56,418 nt of DNA from Candidatus Jorgensenbacteria bacterium (GCA_043797305.1 JAZDPW010000012.1:1-56418); one strand, 5' to 3'. Numbered from the stretch's first letter, positions 16,271 to 24,628 are shown. The notes: generated from the letters alone by a model not told the origin. Numbers and translations are program-made.

Positions 16271-16939
16271 ATGAAGTTTAAAAAATTCAAAGCCTTCGCG
16301 GATATTCGGGTCAACAAAGTTGTCAGGCATTTTATTATTTCCGACCTTTTCTTCGTCGCCGGCTGGGGATTTATAAACCCCGTTTTGGCAGTTTTCATCA
16401 TCGATAAAATAACCGGCGCCACCATTGAAACCGTGGGTTTAGCCGCCGCCGTCTATTGGATCTTGAAAGCAATTTTCCAGATGCCGATTGGTATGTATCT
16501 TGATAAAAATGAGGGCGAGAAAGACGACTTTTACACTCTTGTAATGGGCCTGGTTCTGGCTTCGGTCACGGCCTTTCTTTTCGTCTTTATTGATAAAATT
16601 TGGCAGCTGTTCGCTCTTGAGGCGCTTCACGCTCTCGCTTTCGCTTTTTACAGTCCGGCTTGGAACTCGATTTTTTCCCGCCACATCGACAGGGATCATT
16701 ACGCTTTCGACTGGTCGCTCGATAGTACTACCGTCGCTCTTGCGGCCGGCGTAAGCGGCGCCTTGGGCGGCTGGATCGCCCAGTCGTTCGGTTTTGACGC
16801 CATCTTTGTCTGCGCTTCCATTCTCACCATGATTGCGGCTATTGTTACCTTCCTTTCGCCGGATATCGTTTTCCCAAAACCTCCGTCGAGGCAGCCTTTT
16901 CCTCCCCAAGACCACAGGCCGCACATTTTCGGCAGCTAA
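16271..16939 (+). CDS. Six-TM membrane protein (MFS half-like)
   Basis: 222 aa, about 6 hydrophobic segments, MFS-like loop 'GMYLDKNEGEKD'. Weak call. Confidence 0.4.
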   Translation: MKFKKFKAFADIRVNKVVRHFIISDLFFVAGWGFINPVLAVFIIDKITGATIETVGLAAAVYWILKAIFQMPIGMYLDKNEGEKDDFYTLVMGLVLASVTAFLFVFIDKIWQLFALEALHALAFAFYSPAWNSIFSRHIDRDHYAFDWSLDSTTVALAAGVSGALGGWIAQSFGFDAIFVCASILTMIAAIVTFLSPDIVFPKPPSRQPFPPQDHRPHIFGS

Positions 16940-16947
16940 AAATTTTT

Positions 16948-18678
16948 ATGATTTCTAACATTGAGGTCGCCAAAGTTTTAAGAGAAATAGGCGAATACTT
17001 GGAAATGCAGGGTGTGGCGTTTAAGCCGCGTGCTTACGAAAAAGCCGCCGACGGAGTGGTTGGACTGGAAAAACAAGTTTCGGAAATTTATGAAGACGGA
17101 GGCCTGAAGGCGCTCGGAGAAATTCCCGGCGTCGGTTTGTCCATCGCCGAGAAAATAGAAGAGCTTCTCAAAACCGGCCGTCTTCGGTACTACAACGAGC
17201 TGAAGAAAAAAACGCCGGTTGACTTGAGCGCTCTTACCGAAATCGAGGGACTAGGCCCGAAAAACATAAAAAAACTTTACGAAAAACTTAAAATCAAAAA
17301 TCTCAGAGATTTGGAAAAAGCGGCTCAGTCCGGGAAGATAAGGCGTCTCGAGGGTTTTGGTGAAAAATCGGAAGAGAGAATTTTGAAAGGCATCGAATTT
17401 TTGAAAAAATCCGGCGGGCGGGCGGTTTTGGGTTTTGTTCTGCCGGTTGTAAGGAGCATCGAGGAACGTCTCAGGATGCTAAAAGAAGTGGAAAAAGTCA
17501 CGGTTTGCGGTTCAATCCGGCGGATGCAGGAGACAATCGGCGATATAGATATTTTGGTGACGTCTCGGAAACCGCGCGCCGTGATGGATTACTTTGCGGC
17601 CATGCCCGAAGTCACTCACGTTTACGGAAAAGGCGAGACAAAAACCATGGTTCGCCTGAAAATCGGGCTGGATGCCGACTTGAGAGTGGTGAAACCCTCT
17701 TCGTACGGCGCGGCAATTCAGTATTTTACAGGCAGTAAGGAGCACAACATCGCTTTAAGGGAGATAGCGATAAAAAAGGGTTATAAGCTCAATGAATACG
17801 GGCTTTTTCGGGGCAAAAAAATAGTGGCTGGCCGGACCGAGGAGGAGATCTATAAAACTCTCGGTTTGGTCTGGATGCCGCCCGAACTTCGGACCGATTC
17901 CGGCGAAATCGAGGCGGCAGGGAAAAACAAACTGCCGGAACTTGTGAAATACGATTCTCTCCGCGGCGACCTTCAGGTCCAGACCAGCTGGACCGACGGC
18001 AAAAACTCTATTGAAGAAATGGCCCGGGCCGCCCAGACCCTCGGCTTGGAATATATCGCGATAACTGACCACACCAAGCGTCTGGCGATGGCCAAAGGAC
18101 TCGACGAAAAAAGAATCATCAAGCAGTGGGCGGAGATAGATAAAGTCAATAAAAAGTTGAAAGTTCAGGGTTTAAAGTTAAAAGTTCTCAAGGGCACCGA
18201 ATGCGACATTTTAAAAAACGGCTCGCTCGACCTACCCGATAAAATTCTTTCCCGGCTTGACGTAGTCGGTGTTGCCGTCCATTCCCATTTCAATTTGAGC
18301 CGAAAGGAGCAAACCGAAAGGATAGTAAGAGCCATTTCCAACAAGCACGTTCATATTCTTTTTCACTCAACCGGCCGGATTTTGAACAGGCGCAAGCCCT
18401 ACGAAGTCGATATGGACGAGATTATCAAAGTGGCGTTAAAAACCGGTACGGTTTTGGAAATAGACGCTTATCCCGATCGGCTGGATTTGAAAGACGAGCA
18501 CATAAGGAAATGCGTTTCCTCCGGCGTTAAGATGTCGATTGATTCCGACGCCCACTCCACTACTCACTTTCAGTATCTCGAACTTGGCGTTGCCCAAGCA
18601 AGAAGAGGTTGGGCCGAGGAAAATGATATAATAAACGCCTGGCCGTTGGAAAAGATGAAAAAATTCTTGAAAAAATGA
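16948..18678 (+). CDS. polX: DNA polymerase X family protein with C-terminal PHP domain
   Basis: HhH motifs, a pol-beta nucleotidyltransferase core (GSIRRMQETIGDIDILV), and PHP motifs (ITDHT, HSH, DSDAH). Confidence 0.9.
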   Translation: MISNIEVAKVLREIGEYLEMQGVAFKPRAYEKAADGVVGLEKQVSEIYEDGGLKALGEIPGVGLSIAEKIEELLKTGRLRYYNELKKKTPVDLSALTEIEGLGPKNIKKLYEKLKIKNLRDLEKAAQSGKIRRLEGFGEKSEERILKGIEFLKKSGGRAVLGFVLPVVRSIEERLRMLKEVEKVTVCGSIRRMQETIGDIDILVTSRKPRAVMDYFAAMPEVTHVYGKGETKTMVRLKIGLDADLRVVKPSSYGAAIQYFTGSKEHNIALREIAIKKGYKLNEYGLFRGKKIVAGRTEEEIYKTLGLVWMPPELRTDSGEIEAAGKNKLPELVKYDSLRGDLQVQTSWTDGKNSIEEMARAAQTLGLEYIAITDHTKRLAMAKGLDEKRIIKQWAEIDKVNKKLKVQGLKLKVLKGTECDILKNGSLDLPDKILSRLDVVGVAVHSHFNLSRKEQTERIVRAISNKHVHILFHSTGRILNRRKPYEVDMDEIIKVALKTGTVLEIDAYPDRLDLKDEHIRKCVSSGVKMSIDSDAHSTTHFQYLELGVAQARRGWAEENDIINAWPLEKMKKFLKK

Positions 18679-18812
18679 ATCCCGTTAGAAGTCCTAGGCA
18701 TAAAAATTCCAATGGAATTTTTATGCAGGGCACTAACGAGAACAAACCAAGCCAATCATTATTCACCAATATGACAAGGTCAATATTAAATAAAACAGAC
18801 TTCTAACGGGAT
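18679..18812 (+). repeat. TIR-bounded intergenic element, copy 1 (134 nt)
   Basis: ATCCCGTTAGAAG (18679-18691) is the exact inverted complement of CTTCTAACGGGAT (18800-18812). An internal perfect 13-bp AT-rich hairpin lies at 18698-18726. The right repeat contains the ATG of the Nudix gene. Confidence 0.85.
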
Positions 18813-19287
18813 GAAAGAACTTTCTGCCGGAATAATAATTTACAGACGGACCAAGGAAGGTCCGAAGTTTTTGCTCCTCTATCACGGCGGGCGGTACTGG
18901 AATTTCCCGAAAGGAAAAATCGACGACTCTTTGGGTAAAGAGACGACTTTCAAAGCCGCTCTTCGGGAAGTGAGGGAAGAAACAGGCATCCTGCCCCGCG
19001 ACTTGCGTATCAACAGCTGGTTCAAGAGTTACGACAAATACGTTTTTACTCAAAAAGGCAAAAAGGTTTTCAAGACGGTCGTTTATTATCTTGCCGAAAC
19101 GAACGAGCGAGACGTGAAAATTTCGGACGAGCATTCCGGTTTCGGCTGGTTTCTCGAGAAAGAAGCCCTAAGAATGCTTCTCTACGGCAACCTGAAAAAT
19201 AATCTGAAAAAAGCTTATGAAGTCGTTCAAGGAAAGCGTTTACCCCCACACCAAACGAGGACTAATCCGAAGCTGGAGAGAAAGTGA
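18811..19287 (+). CDS. NUDIX hydrolase
   Basis: Nudix box GKIDDSLGKETTFKAALREVREETGI. Confidence 0.85.
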   Translation: MKELSAGIIIYRRTKEGPKFLLLYHGGRYWNFPKGKIDDSLGKETTFKAALREVREETGILPRDLRINSWFKSYDKYVFTQKGKKVFKTVVYYLAETNERDVKISDEHSGFGWFLEKEALRMLLYGNLKNNLKKAYEVVQGKRLPPHQTRTNPKLERK

Positions 19288-19598
19288 TGAAGAAAAATCA
19301 TAAATCATCGGCGTTTGGTGTGGGGGTTTACCGAGCCACAAAAAGGATACCCCGCGGTAAAGTTTCCACTTACGCCGCAATTGCCCGCGTTATCGGCCGG
19401 CCCCGCGCCGCTCGGGCGGTCGGCAATGCCTTAAACAAGAATCCGTACGCTCCGCAAGTTCCTTGCCACCGGGTCGTCCGTTCCGACGGTCGGGTGGGCG
19501 GTTTTGCCGGCGGGCCGGCTAAAAAAACGCACCTCCTTAAGAAGGAGGGCGTTGGGGTAGAGTTGGGGAGAATTGACTTAAGGAAGTTTGGGGCTTAA
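19287..19598 (+). CDS. ogt: Methylated-DNA--protein-cysteine methyltransferase (MGMT/Ogt C-terminal domain)
   Basis: PCHRVV active-site motif and the YAAIA...GNAL pattern. The start is either GTG 19284 or ATG 19287. Confidence 0.8.
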   Translation: MKKNHKSSAFGVGVYRATKRIPRGKVSTYAAIARVIGRPRAARAVGNALNKNPYAPQVPCHRVVRSDGRVGGFAGGPAKKTHLLKKEGVGVELGRIDLRKFGA

Positions 19599-19942
19599 TC
19601 TTTGACGAATTCAACTATCTTTTTGAAGGTTTCAGGGCTGTCTTTAGCGAGACCGGACAGGATTTTCCGGTCGATTTTGACGCCTTTTTTCTTCAGGGCG
19701 TTTATGAACTTGCCGTATGTTAAACCCTCTTCCCGGACAGCGGCGTTAATGCGGGTATTCCAAAGGGCGCGGTAGACCCGTTTCTTTTCCTTCCGCCCGC
19801 GGAAAGCGTGAGTCCAAGCGTGGAGAAGAGCCTCTTTGGCGGCCCTTTCTTTCGACTTGCGGCCCCAGCGGAAACCCTTGGTGTATTTCAACACCCGCTC
19901 TCTTTTTTTATGGGCGACTTTGCCCCGTTTTACTCTCGCCAT
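19595..19942 (-). CDS. rplT: 50S ribosomal protein L20
   Basis: MARVKRGKVAHKKRERVLK... is the canonical L20 N-terminus. Confidence 0.95.
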   Translation of the reverse strand: MARVKRGKVAHKKRERVLKYTKGFRWGRKSKERAAKEALLHAWTHAFRGRKEKKRVYRALWNTRINAAVREEGLTYGKFINALKKKGVKIDRKILSGLAKDSPETFKKIVEFVKD

Positions 19943-19944
19943 GT

Positions 19945-20115
19945 TTAGTAATTTTTAATGTTTTCTTTCGGAATATTCAACCCCCGCTTTTTTCTCCTTC
20001 TCAAAATTTGAACGTTGCTCTTATTGGCGCGGGAGTGTCCTAACCCCATCGCCCGGCGTTTTATTTTTCCGGTCTTCGTTATTTTTATTCTGTTTTTAAT
20101 ACTGTTCTTCGCCAT
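19945..20115 (-). CDS. rpmI: 50S ribosomal protein L35
   Basis: MAKNSIKNRIKITKTGKIKRR..GLGH. Sits in the conserved infC-rpmI-rplT order. Confidence 0.85.
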   Translation of the reverse strand: MAKNSIKNRIKITKTGKIKRRAMGLGHSRANKSNVQILRRRKKRGLNIPKENIKNY

Positions 20116-20119
20116 TTTA

Positions 20120-20632
20120 TTATTTCGCATCTATTTGCATTATGAATCCTTTGCCGCCCCATTTCGGTTCCATCGTCACTTTGTAGGGAACTCTGATTAG
20201 TTTCAAGAAATCACCCAGTTTTTCCAATCCCCAACTCTTGTTGGCTTTTTCCCGGCCCCTCAAGAAAAGATTCAATTCCACTTTGTGGCCTTCCTTAAGA
20301 AATTCGTCGGCTTTTCTCGCCTTGATCTGGAGATCGTTTATGGCGGCGCGGGGCGTGACTCTTATCTGTTTTAACTCTTTGCGTTTTTCTCCCAGTCTTT
20401 GTTTTTTTTCTTCTTTCTCTTTCTGGTAGCGGAACTTGTCGAAACTGATTATCTTCGCCACCGGAGGCTTGGCATGGGGCGCGACCTCGATAAGATCAAG
20501 TTCCTTTTCTTCGGCGAGACGGAGAGCCTCTTCAGTTTTAAGGACGCCGAGGCTGTTTCCCTTTTCATCAATGACCCTGAGCTCGCGTGCTGATATTTCC
20601 TTGTTTATTCTGTAATTTATGACAATCAGCAT
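20120..20632 (-). CDS. infC: Translation initiation factor IF-3
   Basis: INYRINKEISARELRVIDEKG..LGV and the C-terminal domain. The start is uncertain because IF-3 often uses a non-ATG start. Confidence 0.85.
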   Translation of the reverse strand: MLIVINYRINKEISARELRVIDEKGNSLGVLKTEEALRLAEEKELDLIEVAPHAKPPVAKIISFDKFRYQKEKEEKKQRLGEKRKELKQIRVTPRAAINDLQIKARKADEFLKEGHKVELNLFLRGREKANKSWGLEKLGDFLKLIRVPYKVTMEPKWGGKGFIMQIDAK

Positions 20633-20697
20633 AGTCGGTTTTGATTGACATTGCAAGCTTCCGCCCTCCTGCTATAATTTTTACCATTATAAAATCA

Positions 20698-21024
20698 ATG
20701 GCTTTTTCTAAAAGACCGGTAATAAAATTCGTAAAATACGTCCTTAGTTTTTTTGAACTTTTCCTGGGGTTGCGGCTTATTCTTCGCCTGCTTGGCGCCA
20801 ATCCCTCGACGCCGATTGTCGATTTGCTCTACACCCTCACCGACACCATCATGATTCCTTTCCAGGGGATATTTTCCAATATGCGGTTTCAAAACGGGAG
20901 CGTTCTTGATGTCGTTGCCATAACCTCGATGATCGGTTACCCGATTATCGTTTATTTATTGATAGAACTAATTGACGCCATCGCCAAAGAGAAAAAGCGC
21001 GGAGTGGGAGACATCGAAATTTAA
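20698..21024 (+). CDS. YggT-like small membrane protein
   Basis: FELFLGLRLILRLLGANPSTPIVDLLYTLTD..IMIPFQ resembles the YggT/Ycf19 family. Start taken at internal ATG 20698. Confidence 0.45.
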   Translation: MAFSKRPVIKFVKYVLSFFELFLGLRLILRLLGANPSTPIVDLLYTLTDTIMIPFQGIFSNMRFQNGSVLDVVAITSMIGYPIIVYLLIELIDAIAKEKKRGVGDIEI

Positions 21025-21238
21025 ATGAGGGCCCCGGGTGGGTCCTCTTTGATAATTCTGTAAAACTAATACAAAAACTAATACATCCCGAAGCACAAGT
21101 GCCGCGGGATGTAATGCGATTGGGTCTTTTGACCCGATATCTTCCGTGGGCCTGGGAAACCCACGAGATGAGGCACGTATTCAACTGTGGAGAACTGAAC
21201 TTATTATAACCTTATCGGGAAACCTGTCTTGTGGATAA

Positions 21239-21293
21239 CTCCGACACCCCGACTAATACGGTTGGGGGTCGGAGTCCGACTGAAACGTCGGAC
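21239..21293 (+). repeat. Double-hairpin element, copy C
   Basis: ctccgac(a)cccc-gactaatacggtt-ggggGTCGGAG followed by GTCCGAC-tgaaac-GTCGGAC and TTTTT. Confidence 0.75.
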
Positions 21294-21321
21294 TTTTTAT
21301 AAGCTATAATAGACTTAGAAT

Positions 21322-21921
21322 ATGGGCTTTTCGAAGAAATTTTTCATTGCCTTGGTCGTGCTGGGAGTGCTAGGCGGGGTTTTTTATTTTGTTCTTGATA
21401 AGCCCAAAGAGTTGGGGGCGAAGGGGAACCCCCTTTTGAATTTATTCCTCGGCGACCCGGAGGATGCGTCCGATGGCGGAATAATTTCGGACGCCAAAGA
21501 ATTTATCAGTGACAAAACCTCTGCTTTGAAAGAAAGTATTAGTGGGAGCGTTAAAGAGAGCATTGAAGAAAAAGAGGGAGAGTTGGTGAATTACCTGAAA
21601 GAGGGGGCGAATGAGGCGATTGATACCGCTCAGGAGAAAATAGTCGGTGTGGGCAAAAGCGGGAGTGGTGGCAGTATCACGGTTTTGCCGGTAGTAAAAG
21701 CCGGGGCGAGTGCTTATTTTCTGATATCAAACCCGGAATCATCGGGAGAAGTTAAGTACGAGGTGGACTGGGGCGACGGTTCGGCGGAAAACGGGGTTTT
21801 GGCCACCAAAAACAAGACCGTTTCCCATTCGTGGGATAATGCGGGAGAATTCTCGGTAATTTTTAAAATTTCCGGCGCCGATTCCGTGAGCAAATCCATT
21901 AAGGTTATCGTGACCGAATAA
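21322..21921 (+). CDS. Membrane-anchored protein with a C-terminal PKD-like domain
   Basis: N-terminal TM segment. The C-terminal YEVDWGDGS...SHSWDNAGEFSVIFKI matches the PKD signature (WDFGDG...H.Y...G.Y). Confidence 0.55.
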   Translation: MGFSKKFFIALVVLGVLGGVFYFVLDKPKELGAKGNPLLNLFLGDPEDASDGGIISDAKEFISDKTSALKESISGSVKESIEEKEGELVNYLKEGANEAIDTAQEKIVGVGKSGSGGSITVLPVVKAGASAYFLISNPESSGEVKYEVDWGDGSAENGVLATKNKTVSHSWDNAGEFSVIFKISGADSVSKSIKVIVTE

Positions 21922-21922
21922 C

Positions 21923-21956
21923 AAAAAACCGCCTTAAACAAGGCGAGTTTTTGTTT
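21923..21956. terminator. Bidirectional hairpin between the PKD gene and the tmRNA 3' end
   Basis: AAAAAA-CGCCTT-aaac-AAGGCG-AGTTTTTGTTT. Confidence 0.45.
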
Positions 21957-21957
21957 G

Positions 21958-22277
21958 TGGACATGGCGAGAGTCGAACTCGCGTGTAGAGAGTTTCTCAA
22001 AAATCGTCTACAGGCTTACCCGCCGTAGAGGCGAGGAAATTTGGTTCCATGGTTTAGCTTACGACTATCGAACCGTTTCATCGTAAGCGAGCTCAATGTA
22101 TTACACCGGTTGAACCCTTATTGAGCATCAGGAACCGATGCCCGCTTAAGCGAAAGCTAAAGCAGGAGCTGCAACTTTGTTGTTGGCAGTTAAATTTGTT
22201 TGCCGAATTTTTAACGAGTTTCGGCGGCTCGGCCTGCAAATTCTCGAAAACGCACTCTGTCAAAGCCCATCATGCCC
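21958..22277 (-). ncRNA. ssrA: tmRNA (SsrA)
   Basis: The 5' GGGCAUG pairs with the 3' CAUGUCC-A, including G3:U70. T-arm GCGAG-UUCGACU-CUCGC. The tag reading frame GCC AAC AAC AAA GTT GCA GCT CCT GCT TTA GCT TTC GCT TAA encodes ANNKVAAPALAFA* (22146-22187). Lies directly downstream of smpB. Confidence 0.85.
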
Positions 22278-22700
22278 GCGAATTTCCCGTTCCGTTTCCC
22301 GTTTTTTAATGAGCTCGCGCTTGTCCTTTTTCTTTCTTCCTCTCCCGAGTCCCAATTCAACCTTTACCAATCCGCGGTCAGTATAGACGCGAAGGGGTAC
22401 CAGAGTCAAATTCGCCTCTAGTTTACCGATGAGATAATTTATCTCCTCCCGATTCATAAGGAGTTTTTTGGTTCGTTTCGGGTCGTAGTCGGTTGGAGCG
22501 TTTCCCGGTTGGAAAGAAGGGACTTCCATTCCGAGAACGTAGAGTTCGCCGCCGCGAATTATCGCGTGGCTTCCGGCAATATTTATCCGGCCCATTTTTA
22601 TGGATTTTGCCTCATGGCCGGTAAGTTCAATACCCGCCTTGAATTTCTCGAGGATTTCGTAATCAAAGCCGGCTCGCTTGTTTAAGGCCAATACCTTCAT
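22260..22700 (-). CDS. smpB: SsrA-binding protein SmpB
   Basis: NKRA.FDYEI.EKF.AGIEL.G.E.KS... is the canonical SmpB N-terminus, and the C-terminal tail is basic. Confidence 0.9.
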   Translation of the reverse strand: MKVLALNKRAGFDYEILEKFKAGIELTGHEAKSIKMGRINIAGSHAIIRGGELYVLGMEVPSFQPGNAPTDYDPKRTKKLLMNREEINYLIGKLEANLTLVPLRVYTDRGLVKVELGLGRGRKKKDKRELIKKRETEREIRGHDGL

Positions 22701-22712
22701 AAACCCATTTTA

Positions 22713-22841
22713 CCCCGTTAGAAGTTCGTATCAATCCACCCCCCTTTATTACATTTATGTTTTTGTTTTTTTATCCTTATTTTAAGCCTTTGACAAGAAA
22801 AAATTTTCTGAAATTTTTTCTGTCCAGAATTTCTAACGGGG
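22713..22841 (+). repeat. TIR-bounded intergenic element, variant copy 4 (129 nt)
   Basis: CCCCGTTAGAA (22713-22723) is the inverted complement of TTCTAACGGGG (22831-22841). An internal AT-rich hairpin with one bulge lies at 22792-22824. Confidence 0.65.
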
Positions 22842-22877
22842 TTTACCGCCCAGTCCGGAACGGGGTATAGTTATAGG

Positions 22878-24554
22878 GTGAGAAACAAAATCATCGGCTA
22901 CCTCAAAAAAATCGTCCCGAAGGGCGTAGAAATTGACCTTTCTGTTCCCGAGAGCGGGAAATTCGGCCATTACTCCACAAGCATCGCTTTTGGGCTTTCC
23001 AAGCAGGAGAAGAAAAGCCCGAAGGTAGTTGCCGAGGAAATCGTCCAAAGGCTTAAAAAAGCGGCGCCAAAAGGCTTTTTCCGGAAGATAGAAATCGTAA
23101 ACGGTTTTATTAACCTTTGGATTGGCGACGGGGTGTTTTACAGGGAAATCGTGGAGGTTTTGAAAAAGAAAGGTGAATACGGCCGCAACAACAATTTGAA
23201 AGGCCAGAAGACGATAGTGGAGTACACCGACCCCAATCCCTTCAAGGAGTTTCATATCGGCCACCTGATGCCTAACGTGATCGGCGAAGCCGTCTCGCGC
23301 CTCGTCGAATGGAACGGCGCGAAAGTGCGGCGGGCCTGTTACCAGGGTGATGTCGGTTTGCATGTTGCCAAAGCCGTTTGGGGTCTCCAAAAATCGGGAA
23401 TAAAAAAGATTGTTTCGGTATCGGATTTGGCAAAAGCTTACGCTTTGGGAACACAGGCATATGAGACCGCCGATTTGGCGAGAAGTGAAATTAACACCAT
23501 CAACAAAAAAATATACGAGCGGAGCGATAAGGAAATAAACCGCCTGTATGATGCCGGCCGCAAATTATCCCTCAAATATTTTGAAGGCATCTATAAAAAG
23601 CTCGGCACCAAATTCGATTATTACTTCTTCGAATCCGAGAGCGGCGAACACGGGAAAAAGACGGTTCTTGCGGGGCTAAAGAAAGGCATTTTTGAAAAGA
23701 GCGACGGGGCGATTGTATTCCGGGGCGAGAAATACGGTTTGCATACCCGGGTCTTTATAAACACCGAAGGTTTGCCTACCTATGAAGCCAAGGAGCTGGG
23801 TTTGGCCGAGATTAAATACAGAAAATACGCTTACGATAAGTCTATAATCGTTACCGGCAACGAGGTAAACGACTATTTCCGGGTTCTTTTGAAGGCGATG
23901 GCGGAAATTTTTCCGAAACTCGCCGAGAGGACCGAACATCTTTCCCACGGCATGATGCGGCTTGCAAGCGGCAAGATTTCTTCGCGAACCGGCGAGGTGA
24001 TTACGGCCGAGTCGCTTATAGACAAAGTGGAAAAACTGGTTGCCGGAAAGATGAAAAACGAAGACTTGAGCGTTAAGGAGAAAAACGAGGTAAAAGAAAA
24101 GGTAGCGATAGCCGCCTTGAAGTACTCGATTTTGAAGCAGGCGATCGGCGGCAGCATTATTTTTGATTTTGGGAAATCCATATCTTTCGAGGGCGATTCT
24201 GGTCCTTATCTCCAATACGCCTACGTGCGTGCGAAGTCGGTTCTGGAAAAAGCCAAGCAGGAAAAAATTAATGCGTCTTTGAAACGTTTGCCGGAGAAAA
24301 TTTCCGAAATCGAGCCGGTGCTTGCCCGTTTTCCGGAGATTGTGGAGAGAGCCGGCCGGGATTACGCGCCGCAATACCTCTCGACTTACCTCATAGAACT
24401 CGCCAGGATTTTTAATTCCTACTACGCCAAGGTCAAGATTGTTAAAGCGGGGGATAAAGAGTCACCTTATCGGGTGGCTTTAACTTCCGCTTTCAGTGAG
24501 GTAATGAGAAACGGTCTTCGGATTCTGGGAATCTCCGTCCCGGAGAAAATGTAG
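22878..24554 (+). CDS. argS: Arginine--tRNA ligase
   Basis: EYTDPNPFKEFHIGHL (HIGH), a class-I core, and an anticodon-binding C-terminus ending in M. GTG start at 22878. Confidence 0.9.
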   Translation: MRNKIIGYLKKIVPKGVEIDLSVPESGKFGHYSTSIAFGLSKQEKKSPKVVAEEIVQRLKKAAPKGFFRKIEIVNGFINLWIGDGVFYREIVEVLKKKGEYGRNNNLKGQKTIVEYTDPNPFKEFHIGHLMPNVIGEAVSRLVEWNGAKVRRACYQGDVGLHVAKAVWGLQKSGIKKIVSVSDLAKAYALGTQAYETADLARSEINTINKKIYERSDKEINRLYDAGRKLSLKYFEGIYKKLGTKFDYYFFESESGEHGKKTVLAGLKKGIFEKSDGAIVFRGEKYGLHTRVFINTEGLPTYEAKELGLAEIKYRKYAYDKSIIVTGNEVNDYFRVLLKAMAEIFPKLAERTEHLSHGMMRLASGKISSRTGEVITAESLIDKVEKLVAGKMKNEDLSVKEKNEVKEKVAIAALKYSILKQAIGGSIIFDFGKSISFEGDSGPYLQYAYVRAKSVLEKAKQEKINASLKRLPEKISEIEPVLARFPEIVERAGRDYAPQYLSTYLIELARIFNSYYAKVKIVKAGDKESPYRVALTSAFSEVMRNGLRILGISVPEKM

Positions 24555-24590
24555 TATGCGAATAGTCTTTCAGGAATTTATATATGAATA

Positions 24591-24628
24591 AAATTAGGGT
24601 GGTATACTTAAGTATACCACCCTAATTT
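24591..24628. repeat. Perfect 38-bp palindrome
   Basis: AAATTAGGGTGGTATACTT|AAGTATACCACCCTAATTT, with no mismatch. Lies between the argS stop and the Cys-rich ORF start. Confidence 0.9.

Noticed and set aside
18675-18806. A possible 43-aa peptide encoded inside TIR element copy 1 (MNPVRSPRHKNSNGIFMQG…, starting at the conserved ATGAATCCC).
   Set aside because: The same frame stops after 9 codons in copy 2 and 13 codons in copy 3, so no peptide is conserved. The element is treated as non-coding.
21085-21165. Possible SRP (4.5S) RNA on the minus strand, because of CAGGCCCACGGAAG and CGGGAUGUA strings.
   Set aside because: The region folds into three separate short hairpins rather than the single long SRP helix with a GGAA tetraloop and the symmetric and asymmetric loops.
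24591-24628. The palindrome contains TTAGGGTGGTAT, which resembles the conserved T-box sequence (AGGGTGGNACCGCG) of tRNA-sensing leaders near aaRS genes.
   Set aside because: It lies downstream of argS, not upstream. There is no specifier hairpin or stem-I architecture upstream of it, and the match ends before the ACCGCG half. The ileS leader (26547-26693) also lacks a T-box motif.
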